Of a DNA stretch of 29,052 nt, positions 7,525 through 16,750 are shown one piece after another. Source of the DNA: Terriglobia bacterium (lineage in GTDB: Bacteria > Acidobacteriota > Terriglobia > UBA7540); NCBI GenBank assembly GCA_035490955.1, contig DATJKY010000177.1, positions 1 to 29,052 on the forward strand, in the 5' to 3' direction. The notes below the pieces were generated by a model. It was not told the origin of the DNA, did not search any database, and saw only the letters and a list, made by a program, of their open reading frames with translations. Made by a program: the position numbers and the translations under genes. The stretch's first letter is position 1. Each line of letters begins with the position of its first letter.

Positions 7525-8946
7525 ATGCTTGCCTTTGTTGTCCTTGCCACTGCGCTGTTAATCGGACCGAGCACGTGCGCGTTCCCCGTGGCGCGAGGAC
7601 CGGAGGGGAATTTCATCCTGCCGGGGGCGCGCAGCAATCTTGCCTATGAAACCGCCTACTCGCTGGATGCCTACGCCCCGGCCGGCGAACCTCGGCCGGC
7701 GGCAGTGATCATCCACGGCAGCTCCGGCAGCAAGAGCACGCACGTCGATCAGCTCTTCCCCCTCCTGGACAAAGCCGGCTACGCGTGGTTCTCCGTCGAT
7801 TACGGATCGGCGGACGACGTGAGGGCCGCGATCGAATACATTCGCTGTCCGGGCCGCTTCAACATCACGGGCGATATGGTCCTGATTGGCAGCGACAGTG
7901 GAGCCGCTATCGCCCTGGAGTTAGCGGGGCGCGGGATCTTTGACGGAGTGGTTGCGCTTGGCGCCAAGTTGAACGCGGCCCAACTGGCGGATCTTCCAGC
8001 GTCCACCAAGGTCCTGATGATCCAAGGTACTAAAGATGACCAGGTGAAGGCCGGCGAGGTCGCGAGCTTTTGTAAGCATCTTCCAGATTGTACTTACCTC
8101 CCGGTTGCCGGAGCGATTCATGATTTCGAGAACTGGCACCCGGACCAGTGGTACTGGAAGGAAGAGCTTACGGCCTGGTTGCGCGGAGACCGGCGGGGGT
8201 TGTGGAAGGACATTCCTTATTCGCGTCCCGACGGCCGAGACCTGCTGCTGGATGCTTACATTCCGCAAGGCAAGGGTCCATTTCCGGCGGTAATCATCGT
8301 TCACGGTGGCGGCTGGGAGGCCGGCGACAGAATCACCTACGTTTCACCTGTCTTCGCCCCCCTGGCCCAAGCCGGATTCGCGTGGTTCTCCATCGACTAT
8401 CGGCTAACGCCCTACGTTCACGTTCCTGAGCAACTGGAGGACGTGCGCAACGCCGTACGCTTTGTCCGACAGCACGCCGCGTGGTTCCATGTTAACCCCA
8501 ATCGCATCGCGCTCCTTGGGGAGTCCGCTAGCGGGCACCTTGTGGCCCAGTTGGTGTCGATGCGCTGTCCGGGATGCGAGGTCCAGGCTGCAGTCTCATT
8601 TTATGGCGTCTACAATTTCGAGCGCTGGAAAAACGATGCCGAATTCGGCGGTATGCTCGGGCGTCTGTTCGCAGACACGTCTCCGGCCGTATTACGGGAC
8701 TACTCGCCGTTGTATCACGCGAGCGCCAGCCTGCCTCCGATGCTCATTATCCAAGGCACGGCGGATGAGCTCTACGCGGGAACTCAAGAGTACATCAAAC
8801 GCCTGGGCGAGGTGCAGGCCCGCGACGACGTGATTCTGCTGGATAAAGCGCCGCACGGCATGGAAAACTGGGAGGGCCATCCAGAATGGATGTTCTATAA
8901 GAGCCGGATGCTAGAATGGCTGAGCAAAACGCTTGGTCAAGACTGA
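7525..8946 (+). CDS. Secreted tandem alpha/beta-hydrolase (two esterase-like domains; acetyl esterase/BD-FAE-like)
   Basis: Signal peptide and two homologous halves. Domain 1: HGSSG, GSDSG, QGTKD, AIHDFENW. Domain 2: HGGGW, GESASG, QGTAD, APHGMENW. Confidence 0.85.
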   Translation: MLAFVVLATALLIGPSTCAFPVARGPEGNFILPGARSNLAYETAYSLDAYAPAGEPRPAAVIIHGSSGSKSTHVDQLFPLLDKAGYAWFSVDYGSADDVRAAIEYIRCPGRFNITGDMVLIGSDSGAAIALELAGRGIFDGVVALGAKLNAAQLADLPASTKVLMIQGTKDDQVKAGEVASFCKHLPDCTYLPVAGAIHDFENWHPDQWYWKEELTAWLRGDRRGLWKDIPYSRPDGRDLLLDAYIPQGKGPFPAVIIVHGGGWEAGDRITYVSPVFAPLAQAGFAWFSIDYRLTPYVHVPEQLEDVRNAVRFVRQHAAWFHVNPNRIALLGESASGHLVAQLVSMRCPGCEVQAAVSFYGVYNFERWKNDAEFGGMLGRLFADTSPAVLRDYSPLYHASASLPPMLIIQGTADELYAGTQEYIKRLGEVQARDDVILLDKAPHGMENWEGHPEWMFYKSRMLEWLSKTLGQD

Positions 8947-8951
8947 AAACA

Positions 8952-9140
8952 AGCCCCGAAGGGGTGGGCCACGCAGTCCAGGCCATAGGCCCACAAGCGC
9001 TAAGGTAAGCTTTATTTGGTGTCCGCGGCTCGTATCCGCCACGCTGAGCCCGCCAAGGCGGACTCAGGCGCCACGAGCACGCTTGTCCTAGCGCCTATGG
9101 GCCGTTGGCCTGGGCTTTGCTAGATCGCCCCTTGGGGGCT
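8952..9140. repeat. Long imperfect palindrome (GCCCCGAAGGGG-type REP-like element)
   Basis: agccccgaagggg (8952) versus ccccttgggggct (9128-9140) match at 12/13. Inner arms ccaggcca..ggccca..gcgcta pair with the right side. Central hairpin ctgag...ctcag. Confidence 0.7.
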
Positions 9141-9205
9141 CAACGCATGGTGTCGAGCAGAAAATATGGGTAAAGATCAATAGGTCAGCGGGAGGTGCGA
9201 ATGCA

Positions 9206-10642
9206 ATGACGATCGGGAGCTTGCGTCAGGGCATCTTAATCATTGCCTTCATGATTGTGGGTGGAGTCCTTCTTCTAGCACCACGGCTTGAGCCCTCACG
9301 ACAATTGACCGCGGCCCGAACGGCGAGCGGCGGCGAGATCAAGGAGGCGCCACCGAACCCGCCAACGGACGAACGCTTCAAAGCCGACATTCTGGTGGTC
9401 GTGGCGCATCCCGACGACGAAACGGAGATCACCGGCTATCTAGCGCGTGCGATTTTCGACGAACACAGGCGCGTCGCGGCGATCTTCGGCACTTCGGGTA
9501 ATGGTGGGGGCGACGCAGTCAGCAACGCCCAGGCCGCAGCGCTCGGGGATATCCGCGCCACCGAGGCTCGCGAAGCGCTGGCTTTTTTCGGAGTCTTACA
9601 CGTCTGGTTTCTGGGCGGACCCGACACGCCGGGCCAGGACGTGCTACGTTCGCTCGAAACCTGGAACCACGGCAATGCGCTTTGGGAAGCCGTCCGCCTT
9701 GTGCGTTTGACGCGGCCGGAAGTTATCCTCACATGGTTGCCGGACTACGTGGCGGGTGAAAATCACGATGACCATCAAGCCGCGGCGGTTATCGCTACGG
9801 AAGCATTCGACTTGGCGGGCGACCCCACTGCATTTCCGGAGCAAGTTTCCGCGCCGCGCAATCGCTCGAGCATCGCCAACCTGACGGAGGGCCTCGAACC
9901 CTGGCAGGTTAAGAAAATATACTTCTTCAGTGATGCCGCGAGTACGGATTTTCTGAAGGGAAAGGGGCCGGAGTACAGCACGACGGACGTCTCGCCCAGC
10001 AAGCACGAGCCCTACTACAAACTTGCGGCGGAGGAGATGGCCTATCACCTGACTCAAGACGACTCCGGCCAGATGGCGAAGAAGGCGCTCGAGACCGGCG
10101 ACTTTACGTACTTCAAGCAACCTGAGCGGATGGTCCTCGGGAAATCGCTGGTGGGGGGCAGTAAGACCGGTGACGTCTTTGAGGGTGTCACACCCAAGCC
10201 TATTCCGTGCGCACCCGCACGCGGTTACCGGTTCGAAGCTCGCCAAGGGATCTCAATCGAGTTGGGTGGGCCTTGGGTTTTTTATCGCGAGTTCTGGAAG
10301 GCTCACAATCTGGACACGCTGCCCGGTCTGATCACCACTCCGGAGGTTGCAGTTTCGAACGGCGGGCAGCTGCACGTCCCAATTCTGATTCACAACAACA
10401 CTGACGGCCCCGTGGAGGTGACCGTCTCCTCTACCTTCCCGCCGGGCTGGCGGGAGATCAACGGTACCGCACGTTATCCCGTCCGACCCCACGAGGCTTA
10501 CCCGGCTCAAACCGCGTACGTGGCCCCGTCCACGCACGAGCCAGAGTGGCAAACGCTAAGCTGGAAAGCTGAAGCCAACGGGCAGCCAATCGGGACGATC
10601 GCTTTGCGTGTGCGGACGGACTCCCCGGGCCTGCCGCAATAA
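9206..10642 (+). CDS. PIG-L/LmbE family deacetylase with C-terminal Ig-like domain, membrane-anchored or secreted
   Basis: VVAHPDDE and NHDDH metal-binding motifs, LVRLTRPEVILT segment, N-terminal hydrophobic helix and beta-rich C-terminal domain. Confidence 0.88.
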   Translation: MTIGSLRQGILIIAFMIVGGVLLLAPRLEPSRQLTAARTASGGEIKEAPPNPPTDERFKADILVVVAHPDDETEITGYLARAIFDEHRRVAAIFGTSGNGGGDAVSNAQAAALGDIRATEAREALAFFGVLHVWFLGGPDTPGQDVLRSLETWNHGNALWEAVRLVRLTRPEVILTWLPDYVAGENHDDHQAAAVIATEAFDLAGDPTAFPEQVSAPRNRSSIANLTEGLEPWQVKKIYFFSDAASTDFLKGKGPEYSTTDVSPSKHEPYYKLAAEEMAYHLTQDDSGQMAKKALETGDFTYFKQPERMVLGKSLVGGSKTGDVFEGVTPKPIPCAPARGYRFEARQGISIELGGPWVFYREFWKAHNLDTLPGLITTPEVAVSNGGQLHVPILIHNNTDGPVEVTVSSTFPPGWREINGTARYPVRPHEAYPAQTAYVAPSTHEPEWQTLSWKAEANGQPIGTIALRVRTDSPGLPQ

Positions 10643-10688
10643 CGCCGCTCATCAGTTGAGCAGTTTCCAGGCCTCCTCGCAAGATGCG

Positions 10689-11012
10689 CTAGTGTTGTGG
10701 TACCGAGGAAAGGGCCACCGACGCCGGTTCCTGAAGCGACGCCTCCGGCATAACAATCCAGGCGACCAGATAACCCACTACGCCCCAGCCGACAAAAAGG
10801 GCCATGATGACCCAAATCAGACGCACCAAAGTTGGGTCCATGTCCAGGTATTCCGCGAAGCCACCGCACACACCGGCGATCTTCTTGTCGGTCCTGGAAA
10901 GCGCGAGCTTCTTCGGGGGACGGTTGGAAGCCTTCAGCTTCAGGGACGCGCCACACTGGCAGCAGTAGTTTACTGGCTCGGTATACTGTATTCCGCATTG
11001 AGGACAAAACAT
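10689..11012 (-). CDS. Zinc-ribbon plus PspC-domain membrane protein
   Basis: Start placed at ATG 11012 after a [24 protein letters not shown] zinc ribbon, then [30 protein letters not shown]...[10 protein letters not shown], the PspC signature. Confidence 0.88.
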   Translation of the reverse strand: MFCPQCGIQYTEPVNYCCQCGASLKLKASNRPPKKLALSRTDKKIAGVCGGFAEYLDMDPTLVRLIWVIMALFVGWGVVGYLVAWIVMPEASLQEPASVALSSVPQH

Positions 11013-11230
11013 GCTTTCCTCCTCCCACGCGCTGTTCTTACTTCCTGTCATATAATACGATTTAGCCGCCGAAAAGTTCCATTGCTGGGGGGGCGCGTGG
11101 GCGTCAGCTTTCAGACTGCTGTTGACGGCACACCCCCTGGCGCGGGTACCGACACACGGCAGAGGAATATTGTGCGTTCGAGGCTGTTTTGAGGTAAGAT
11201 TCGCCCCACTGGTTTGTTTGAGCACGTGGT

Positions 11231-12286
11231 ATGCCTAGGATAGAGTTCCAGTCGATTCTCGGGGGAGTCCGACGGGTAAGCCGCTTGGCTGTGAAGCCCA
11301 TGCGGGTCTTCGCGCGGGGCGCCTCCCTGCGTCGGCGGGTCGCTTACAGCTTGGCCGTTGTCCGCCTCATCCTCGTTCCCGTCATTTTACTGGCGATCTA
11401 CTACCTTTTTGCCATGAGCTCGATCGTCGACCGTATCGTCAGTGTGGATGCGCCCGTGGCCACGCTTGCCGAACGAGCCTCCATCGAGATGATGGATGCA
11501 CGTCGCTCGGAAAGGAACTACGTTCTGTTGCACGACCCAGTGGACCTACAGCACAACCACGAATCGCTCGCCGCTCTCATCCAGATCATCAACACCTGCC
11601 GGGACCTGCAGCCCCAAGAGGAAGTGACGACACGCAAGATGCTGGATCAAGTCAACCTCTACCAGGGCCGACTGGAAGCGCTCGTATCGCACATGGGAGA
11701 ACCCCACGAAGCCCCACTCGCGCGCATCGAGGAGGTGGTTCGAGCTTACCAGAAGCAGACGAATGAACTTCTGAGGCGCGCCCGGCACGAGAGCCATACG
11801 CGCCTGATCGATGACCTGCGCAACCAGGTGGGCTCCTTTGACGCCCAAATCAGCGCCACTCTGGCGGATGATCCAGCCTTGCGCCAGTCATCGATCGACT
11901 TGCAGGCTTCCAGCAGCGAAGTCCTGCGACTGGCCAACGAGCTGGAGAGGCGCAGTTGGGGGAGGGTGCAACTTGACCATCAGGAAGCCCGCAACCTGAA
12001 GGTGCGAGCGGAAGTCGTGCTACTGATCGTTTCTTCCCTTACTCTGATCCTGAGCGTTTTCGTCAGCTTCATTCTGCCCCGCGAGGTCGTTAGGCCCCTT
12101 GCCGACCTGACGGCTGCCGTCGATCACGCCGCCGCCGGGAACTACGAAATCGAGTTCGATTTGCAGGGTGACGGCGAGGTGGTCCAGCTCGCCAACAGCG
12201 TCCGCGAACTCATCTCCCACGTGCGCGAGAAAAGGAACGGTGAGGTGACAACCCGACCCCAAGCGCAGCACGTTGGAAAAGACTAG
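11231..12286 (+). CDS. Membrane sensor: TM, helical periplasmic domain, TM, HAMP, with no output domain
   Basis: Two TM helices flank a helical domain ([13 protein letters not shown]). HAMP ([35 protein letters not shown]) is followed by a stop about 18 residues later. Start could be 11231 or 11300. Confidence 0.8.
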   Translation: MPRIEFQSILGGVRRVSRLAVKPMRVFARGASLRRRVAYSLAVVRLILVPVILLAIYYLFAMSSIVDRIVSVDAPVATLAERASIEMMDARRSERNYVLLHDPVDLQHNHESLAALIQIINTCRDLQPQEEVTTRKMLDQVNLYQGRLEALVSHMGEPHEAPLARIEEVVRAYQKQTNELLRRARHESHTRLIDDLRNQVGSFDAQISATLADDPALRQSSIDLQASSSEVLRLANELERRSWGRVQLDHQEARNLKVRAEVVLLIVSSLTLILSVFVSFILPREVVRPLADLTAAVDHAAAGNYEIEFDLQGDGEVVQLANSVRELISHVREKRNGEVTTRPQAQHVGKD

Positions 12287-12296
12287 GGCAACTTCC

Positions 12297-12465
12297 TTCA
12301 CCATCTAGACACCGAGGCACAGAGAAGGGAGCAAGTGAAAAAAGGACCATTGGCCACCAGCCACAGACCGGCGACGCTTAGGACAAGCCGCGAGCTTCGC
12401 GCACACTTTTGTTCTGTCCTGTCCATCTCTTTTTCTTTTCAGTCCCTCTGTGCCTTTGTGGTGAA
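12297..12465. repeat. CACAGAG/CTCTGTG-type inverted repeat element
   Basis: ttcacc...gaggcacagag (12297-12324) pairs with ctctgtgcctttgtggtgaa (12446-12465). Internal 7-mers ccattgg/ccaccag/ccacaga. Confidence 0.6.
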
Positions 12466-12511
12466 GCCGTTGATTTCTTGTATTGAATATCCATAAAGGA
12501 GACCGCCGCGA

Positions 12512-12982
12512 ATGAAGGGTAAAACCGAAGTTCTGGAAGTCTTGGCAGAGATGCTCAAGGAAGAACTCGGCGCTATCAGCCAGTATTTTGTGCACAGTGA
12601 GATGTGCGAAAACTGGGGCTATGAACGCCTGAGCGATCTGATCAAGAAACAGGCCATCGGCGAGATGAAGCACGCCGAGGTCCTGATTGAACGTATCCTG
12701 TTTCTGGAAGGCATGCCCAACATGGCCGAGCTACCGAAGCTCAATATCGGCAAAGAGGTGAAGCAGCAGTTACAGAACGACTTGGACCTGGAACTCAGCG
12801 CGGTGGCTGCTTACAACAAGGCTATCGCCACCTGCCGGAAGGCGGGCGACGGCGGCACGGAAGACTTGCTGAAAGTGATCCTTAAGGACGAAGAGGAGCA
12901 CGTCGACTTCCTGGAGACGCAGCTCGGAGTGATCAAGGACGTGGGCATCGAGAATTATCTGCTCGAGCAGACTGAGAAATAA
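12512..12982 (+). CDS. bfr: Bacterioferritin
   Basis: MKG start, AAGGAG RBS, ferroxidase residues (ELGAISQYFVH, EMKHAE, EEEH) and ILFLEG motif; 156 aa. Confidence 0.95.
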   Translation: MKGKTEVLEVLAEMLKEELGAISQYFVHSEMCENWGYERLSDLIKKQAIGEMKHAEVLIERILFLEGMPNMAELPKLNIGKEVKQQLQNDLDLELSAVAAYNKAIATCRKAGDGGTEDLLKVILKDEEEHVDFLETQLGVIKDVGIENYLLEQTEK

Positions 12983-13053
12983 CCGGCCCAGGAGTCGACA
13001 GCTGATCATTCCCTCCTTGGACTCGGCAATGCTCTGAACCCCCCGCGCTAGGC

Positions 13054-14502
13054 CTAGCCTTTGATGACCCCGATCGGCTTCAACCGCGCCACGCGCTTGG
13101 CCAGCCCCGCCTTGTAAACGACGTTAATCACAGCGTCTACGTCCTTGTAAGCCTCGGGGATCTCCTCGCTGATGCCGTCACGGGTTTCCGAGCGTACGAT
13201 GATGCCTTGCGCTTCCAGCCGCTCCCTGGCGCCGGAAGAGTAGGCCGACTTCTTGGCTGCCGTCCGGCTCAGCACGCGGCCAGCCCCGTGGCAGGTGGTG
13301 CCGAAGGTCTCCCGCATGGCGCCTTCCGCACCCACCAGAACGTACGACGCGGTGCCCATGGAGCCGGGGATAAGTACAGGCTGGCCGCATGATTGGTAGG
13401 CCTGCGGCACCTCCGGCCTTCCCGCTGGAAAGGCGCGCGTAGCGCCTTTACGGTGCACCATCACTTTGCGTTCGCGGCCATTCACTTTATGCCGCTCCAG
13501 CTTGGCGATGTTATGACAGACGTCGTAAACTACCCGCAACTTTTCCTTCTCCCCAAAAATCCGCTGGAAAGCTCCGCGTGCGAAGTGCGTGATCCCCTGG
13601 CGGTTGGCCCAGGCGAAGTTGGCCGCCGCGCGCATGGCACCCAAATAGGATTGGCCCTCGCGGGAGTGCACGGGCACGCACGCCAGTTGGCGGTCCGGCA
13701 GGCTGATGCTATGGCGCCGCATGCCCTCTTCCATGTCGCGCAGGTAGTCGGTGCAGACCTGATGACCGAGGCCACGCGATCCCGAATGGATGAGTACTAC
13801 GATCTCGTTTTCGTACAGGCCCAACGTCTGGGCGATTTCCGGCTCGTAGACGCGCTCGACGTACTGCACTTCCAGGAAGTGATTGCCGGAGCCGAGCGTT
13901 CCGATCTGCGGCGACCCGCGCTTTTTGGCCCGGTCACTGACTGCCGAGCCGTCGCCGCCGTCCATGGCTCCACTCTCCTCGCAGGTGTGCAAGTCCTCCG
14001 GGCAACCGTAGCCGTGCTCCACCATTGAGGCCGCGCCATCTTCGAGCACGCGGTCCAGCTCCTTGGGGGAGAGGTTTATGTTGCCACGTTGACCCGCACC
14101 ACAAGGGACGTCGCGGAAGAGCTGGTTCACCAACTCGCGGATCTTGGGCTGCACTTGGTCCAGGGTCAGCGAACTCGCCAGCAAGCGCACCCCGCAGTTG
14201 ATGTCGAACCCGACGCCCCCAGGCGAGATCACCCCACCCTCATCCGGCGCTGTGGCCGCCACTCCACCAATTGGAAACCCGTAGCCTTGATGGATATCAG
14301 GCATGGCGAGCGACCGGCCTACGATTCCAGGCAGCATCGCTACGTTCATGGCTTGTTCCAGCGACAGGTCCTTGAGCAGATCCTGCAATAGACGCTCGTC
14401 GGAGTAAACCAAGGCATCCGTCAGCATCCCTGGCTTAAGGCTGCGAGGCACAAGCCAGCGGTAGTCGTCGAGTTTTTCGAGTTGCTGGATGTGAAGAGGC
14501 AT
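13054..14502 (-). CDS. rtcB: RNA 3'-phosphate/2',3'-cyclic-phosphate 5'-OH ligase RtcB
   Basis: Motifs MPDIHQGYGFPIG, GFDINCG, GSGNHFLE, HSGSRG, HNIA, HRKGAT, PGSMG, HGAGR, EEIPEAYK. Confidence 0.96.
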   Translation of the reverse strand: MPLHIQQLEKLDDYRWLVPRSLKPGMLTDALVYSDERLLQDLLKDLSLEQAMNVAMLPGIVGRSLAMPDIHQGYGFPIGGVAATAPDEGGVISPGGVGFDINCGVRLLASSLTLDQVQPKIRELVNQLFRDVPCGAGQRGNINLSPKELDRVLEDGAASMVEHGYGCPEDLHTCEESGAMDGGDGSAVSDRAKKRGSPQIGTLGSGNHFLEVQYVERVYEPEIAQTLGLYENEIVVLIHSGSRGLGHQVCTDYLRDMEEGMRRHSISLPDRQLACVPVHSREGQSYLGAMRAAANFAWANRQGITHFARGAFQRIFGEKEKLRVVYDVCHNIAKLERHKVNGRERKVMVHRKGATRAFPAGRPEVPQAYQSCGQPVLIPGSMGTASYVLVGAEGAMRETFGTTCHGAGRVLSRTAAKKSAYSSGARERLEAQGIIVRSETRDGISEEIPEAYKDVDAVINVVYKAGLAKRVARLKPIGVIKG

Positions 14503-14506
14503 GATT

Positions 14507-14692
14507 CAGGTTACAGGGATCAGGCGCGTGTAGCCTGTTCCCCGCAATCTCACTCTGCGATTCTGGACCTATTCATATGTATTATACCCGGAGAGCGGCG
14601 TCAGAGACTGCCGATTGCCGGGGTTCAGGTTATAGGCTACCAGGGACAGCGGGCACCGCACCTGTGACCTGCCTGCCGATCCCTGTAACCTG
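14507..14692. repeat. 15-bp perfect inverted repeat bracketing the SIS-rtcB spacer, with internal heptamer repeats
   Basis: caggttacagggatc (14507-14521) and gatccctgtaacctg (14678-14692). Heptamers caggtta/taggcta and cctgtga/cctgtaa inside. Lone TATAAT on the minus strand at 14581-14586. Confidence 0.75.
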
Positions 14693-14697
14693 TAACC

Positions 14698-15750
14698 TCA
14701 CTCATCCCGGGTCACGTCGGCGCAGATCCAGAACTTTCCGGGCTCGAGGCCTGCGCGCAGCGCCAGATCGTGGGCCAGTAGCTGGAGATAGAGGCTGTCT
14801 ACCAAAGTACCCAGTCCCAAAGGGACGCTGTCCACCTGGACAATCTGCACGTTGGGAAGGTCCGCAAAGGGCATGTCGGTCAACAGTATCACGCGGCCGC
14901 CGTGGGTGTGGATGTCCCTGGCCAGCTTCAGGAGCAACTCCCCCGTCTTCCTGCGCTGGACGCGGCGGGCGAAAACGATGTAACGGTGTGCCGGATGGAT
15001 GATTTCTATGGGCCCGTGGCGAAACTGGGCGGCGCTGATGGACTCCGCCGCCACCCGCGGCACTTCCTTCAACATCAACGCGCCCTGGTGAGCAGAAGCC
15101 TGATCAGCTCCACGGGCCAGCAGGGCGGCGTAGATGGGGTAGTCAAAGAACTCCACCAGAGGTGGGATGAGGACGTCGCGGCGTTCCAGGATCTCCTCCT
15201 GCGCATCAATAGCCAGGCTCAGGGCGCTCGCGAGGGGGCGTTCCGACTTACGGGCGAGGGCAAACGCCAAGTACATGAGCACAGAGACCGCGCACATGTA
15301 CGTTTTGGTACTGACGCTCTCCTGGCGTCCGGCCATCAGCGGTAGAAGCAAGCTGCTCCGTCGAGCTAGGGTGCTAGCTTCGACGTTGGAAACCGCCACT
15401 ACGCCCGCCTTGGCGGGCAGGCGCGCCAGCAGATTGGTGATCTCCACCGTCTCGCCCGATTGCGACACCGCAACGAGCAAGGTATCGGGTCCCAGAATCT
15501 TCATGTGGTGGTGAACCAGATCCGCCGTCTCCCAAACGATCGCCCGGACCCCGGTCGAGGTGAGAAAAGCCTGGGCGGGGTAGGCGGCAAAAAGAGAGGA
15601 GCCCATTCCGGTGAACACCACGGTAGGTGGCCAGTGGGTCACCAATCGGTGAATGGTCTTGATGGGAATGGCGCCCAGGCTGGCGTAATATTTGCGCACT
15701 CCGGCAAGCACAGTAGGCTGCTGGGAAACCTCGGAGATCATCGGGGACAT
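14698..15750 (-). CDS. SIS-domain sugar-phosphate isomerase/deaminase/deglycase (GlmS C-terminal-like, no glutaminase domain)
   Basis: GMGSS, VSQSGET, STKTY, LMLKE and FRHGP motifs; acidic C-terminus VTRDE reminiscent of GlmS. Confidence 0.88.
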   Translation of the reverse strand: MSPMISEVSQQPTVLAGVRKYYASLGAIPIKTIHRLVTHWPPTVVFTGMGSSLFAAYPAQAFLTSTGVRAIVWETADLVHHHMKILGPDTLLVAVSQSGETVEITNLLARLPAKAGVVAVSNVEASTLARRSSLLLPLMAGRQESVSTKTYMCAVSVLMYLAFALARKSERPLASALSLAIDAQEEILERRDVLIPPLVEFFDYPIYAALLARGADQASAHQGALMLKEVPRVAAESISAAQFRHGPIEIIHPAHRYIVFARRVQRRKTGELLLKLARDIHTHGGRVILLTDMPFADLPNVQIVQVDSVPLGLGTLVDSLYLQLLAHDLALRAGLEPGKFWICADVTRDE

Positions 15751-15808
15751 TGTCCAAGCGCGATTTTCGGGGCCGAAACACCCATAATCGCTCTCCTCTT
15801 CGGAAAGT

Positions 15809-15839
15809 CAGTCGACAGTCCACAGTCGACAGTTAACAG
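15809..15839. repeat. Tandem heptamer repeat (CAGTCGA-type, about 4 units)
   Basis: cagtcga cagtcca cagtcga cagttaa cag. Confidence 0.75.
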
Positions 15840-15857
15840 GCAAAAGCAAAAAAGCGG

Positions 15858-16565
15858 TCAACCGCAATCCAAACAGGTCTCCTCAACCAGGATGGCATAA
15901 ACCTCACGGGGACCGTGCACGCCGCGGATCAGGATTTGCTCGATATCGGCGGAGCGGCTGGGACCAGTGATGAATACGATCGAGCGCCCCGACTTTTCGA
16001 AACGAGCTACCGAGGCCTGCTCGAGGACGCCCTCGAGTGATGCAAGAACCTGGTGGCGTCGGTAGAGGGCGATGTGAACTGGCGGAGCCAGGGAGGCCAG
16101 TTGACTGCCCTCGGTGATGCTGCTCAGGACCAGACTCCCCGTCTCGGCCATGACAAAGTCCACGCCGGTTATTCCAAACCTGGCCTCAAAACAACGGTCG
16201 CGAAAGCCTCGGATGGCAGCCTCACTCGCTCGTAGCGAGGGCCAAACCGCCACCTCCAGGCCCCATGCGCGAAACATGTCTTCCAGACCCAGCTGGGAGA
16301 CTAAGGGGCTCCGCGATAGAACGAGGGGAGAAGAACCCTTCAGTGTGGCCCGAAAGAACCGATCGAGTTCCTCGCGCTTCGCCACCCGGTGGGGGCTCCC
16401 GGCTACATTCCGAAGCTCTGCCTCAAACTTGGACACCAGGTTCCCCGGATCGATGGGCGGCATGACTTGACCCAGGGGCGGGAATTGGATACAACGCGGA
16501 GGCGCCTGCGGCGATCTGCCCAGCGCCTCCCGTATCCGTTCCAGCATCTCTGCTCGATCTGCCAC
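15858..16565 (-). CDS. LutC/YkgG family (LUD domain) protein
   Basis: GITGVDFVMAETGSLVL, SLAPPVHIAL, FITGPSRSADIEQILIRGVHGP signature; GTG start. Confidence 0.9.
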   Translation of the reverse strand: MADRAEMLERIREALGRSPQAPPRCIQFPPLGQVMPPIDPGNLVSKFEAELRNVAGSPHRVAKREELDRFFRATLKGSSPLVLSRSPLVSQLGLEDMFRAWGLEVAVWPSLRASEAAIRGFRDRCFEARFGITGVDFVMAETGSLVLSSITEGSQLASLAPPVHIALYRRHQVLASLEGVLEQASVARFEKSGRSIVFITGPSRSADIEQILIRGVHGPREVYAILVEETCLDCG

Positions 16566-16719
16566 CGGCCCTCCTCTGCGACAACGGGGTTATGCCACGA
16601 TCCTGCAAAAGAACGACGTGACGAGTATAGTCGCGACTCTCCGGGATGCAAAACGCAATTGGGGATGCCCTGGAAGCGAAGCCGGCTGAACGGTAGTAAG
16701 TGTTGTCCTACCAAAACTG

Positions 16720-16748
16720 TCGAGACTACATGGCAAGCATGTTATGCT
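16720..16748 (+). promoter_or_regulatory. Candidate sigma70 promoter for tpiA-secG
   Basis: TCGAGA (16720-16725), 17 nt, TATGCT (16743-16748), with an extended -10 TG at 16740-16741. Confidence 0.4.
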
Positions 16749-16750
16749 TA

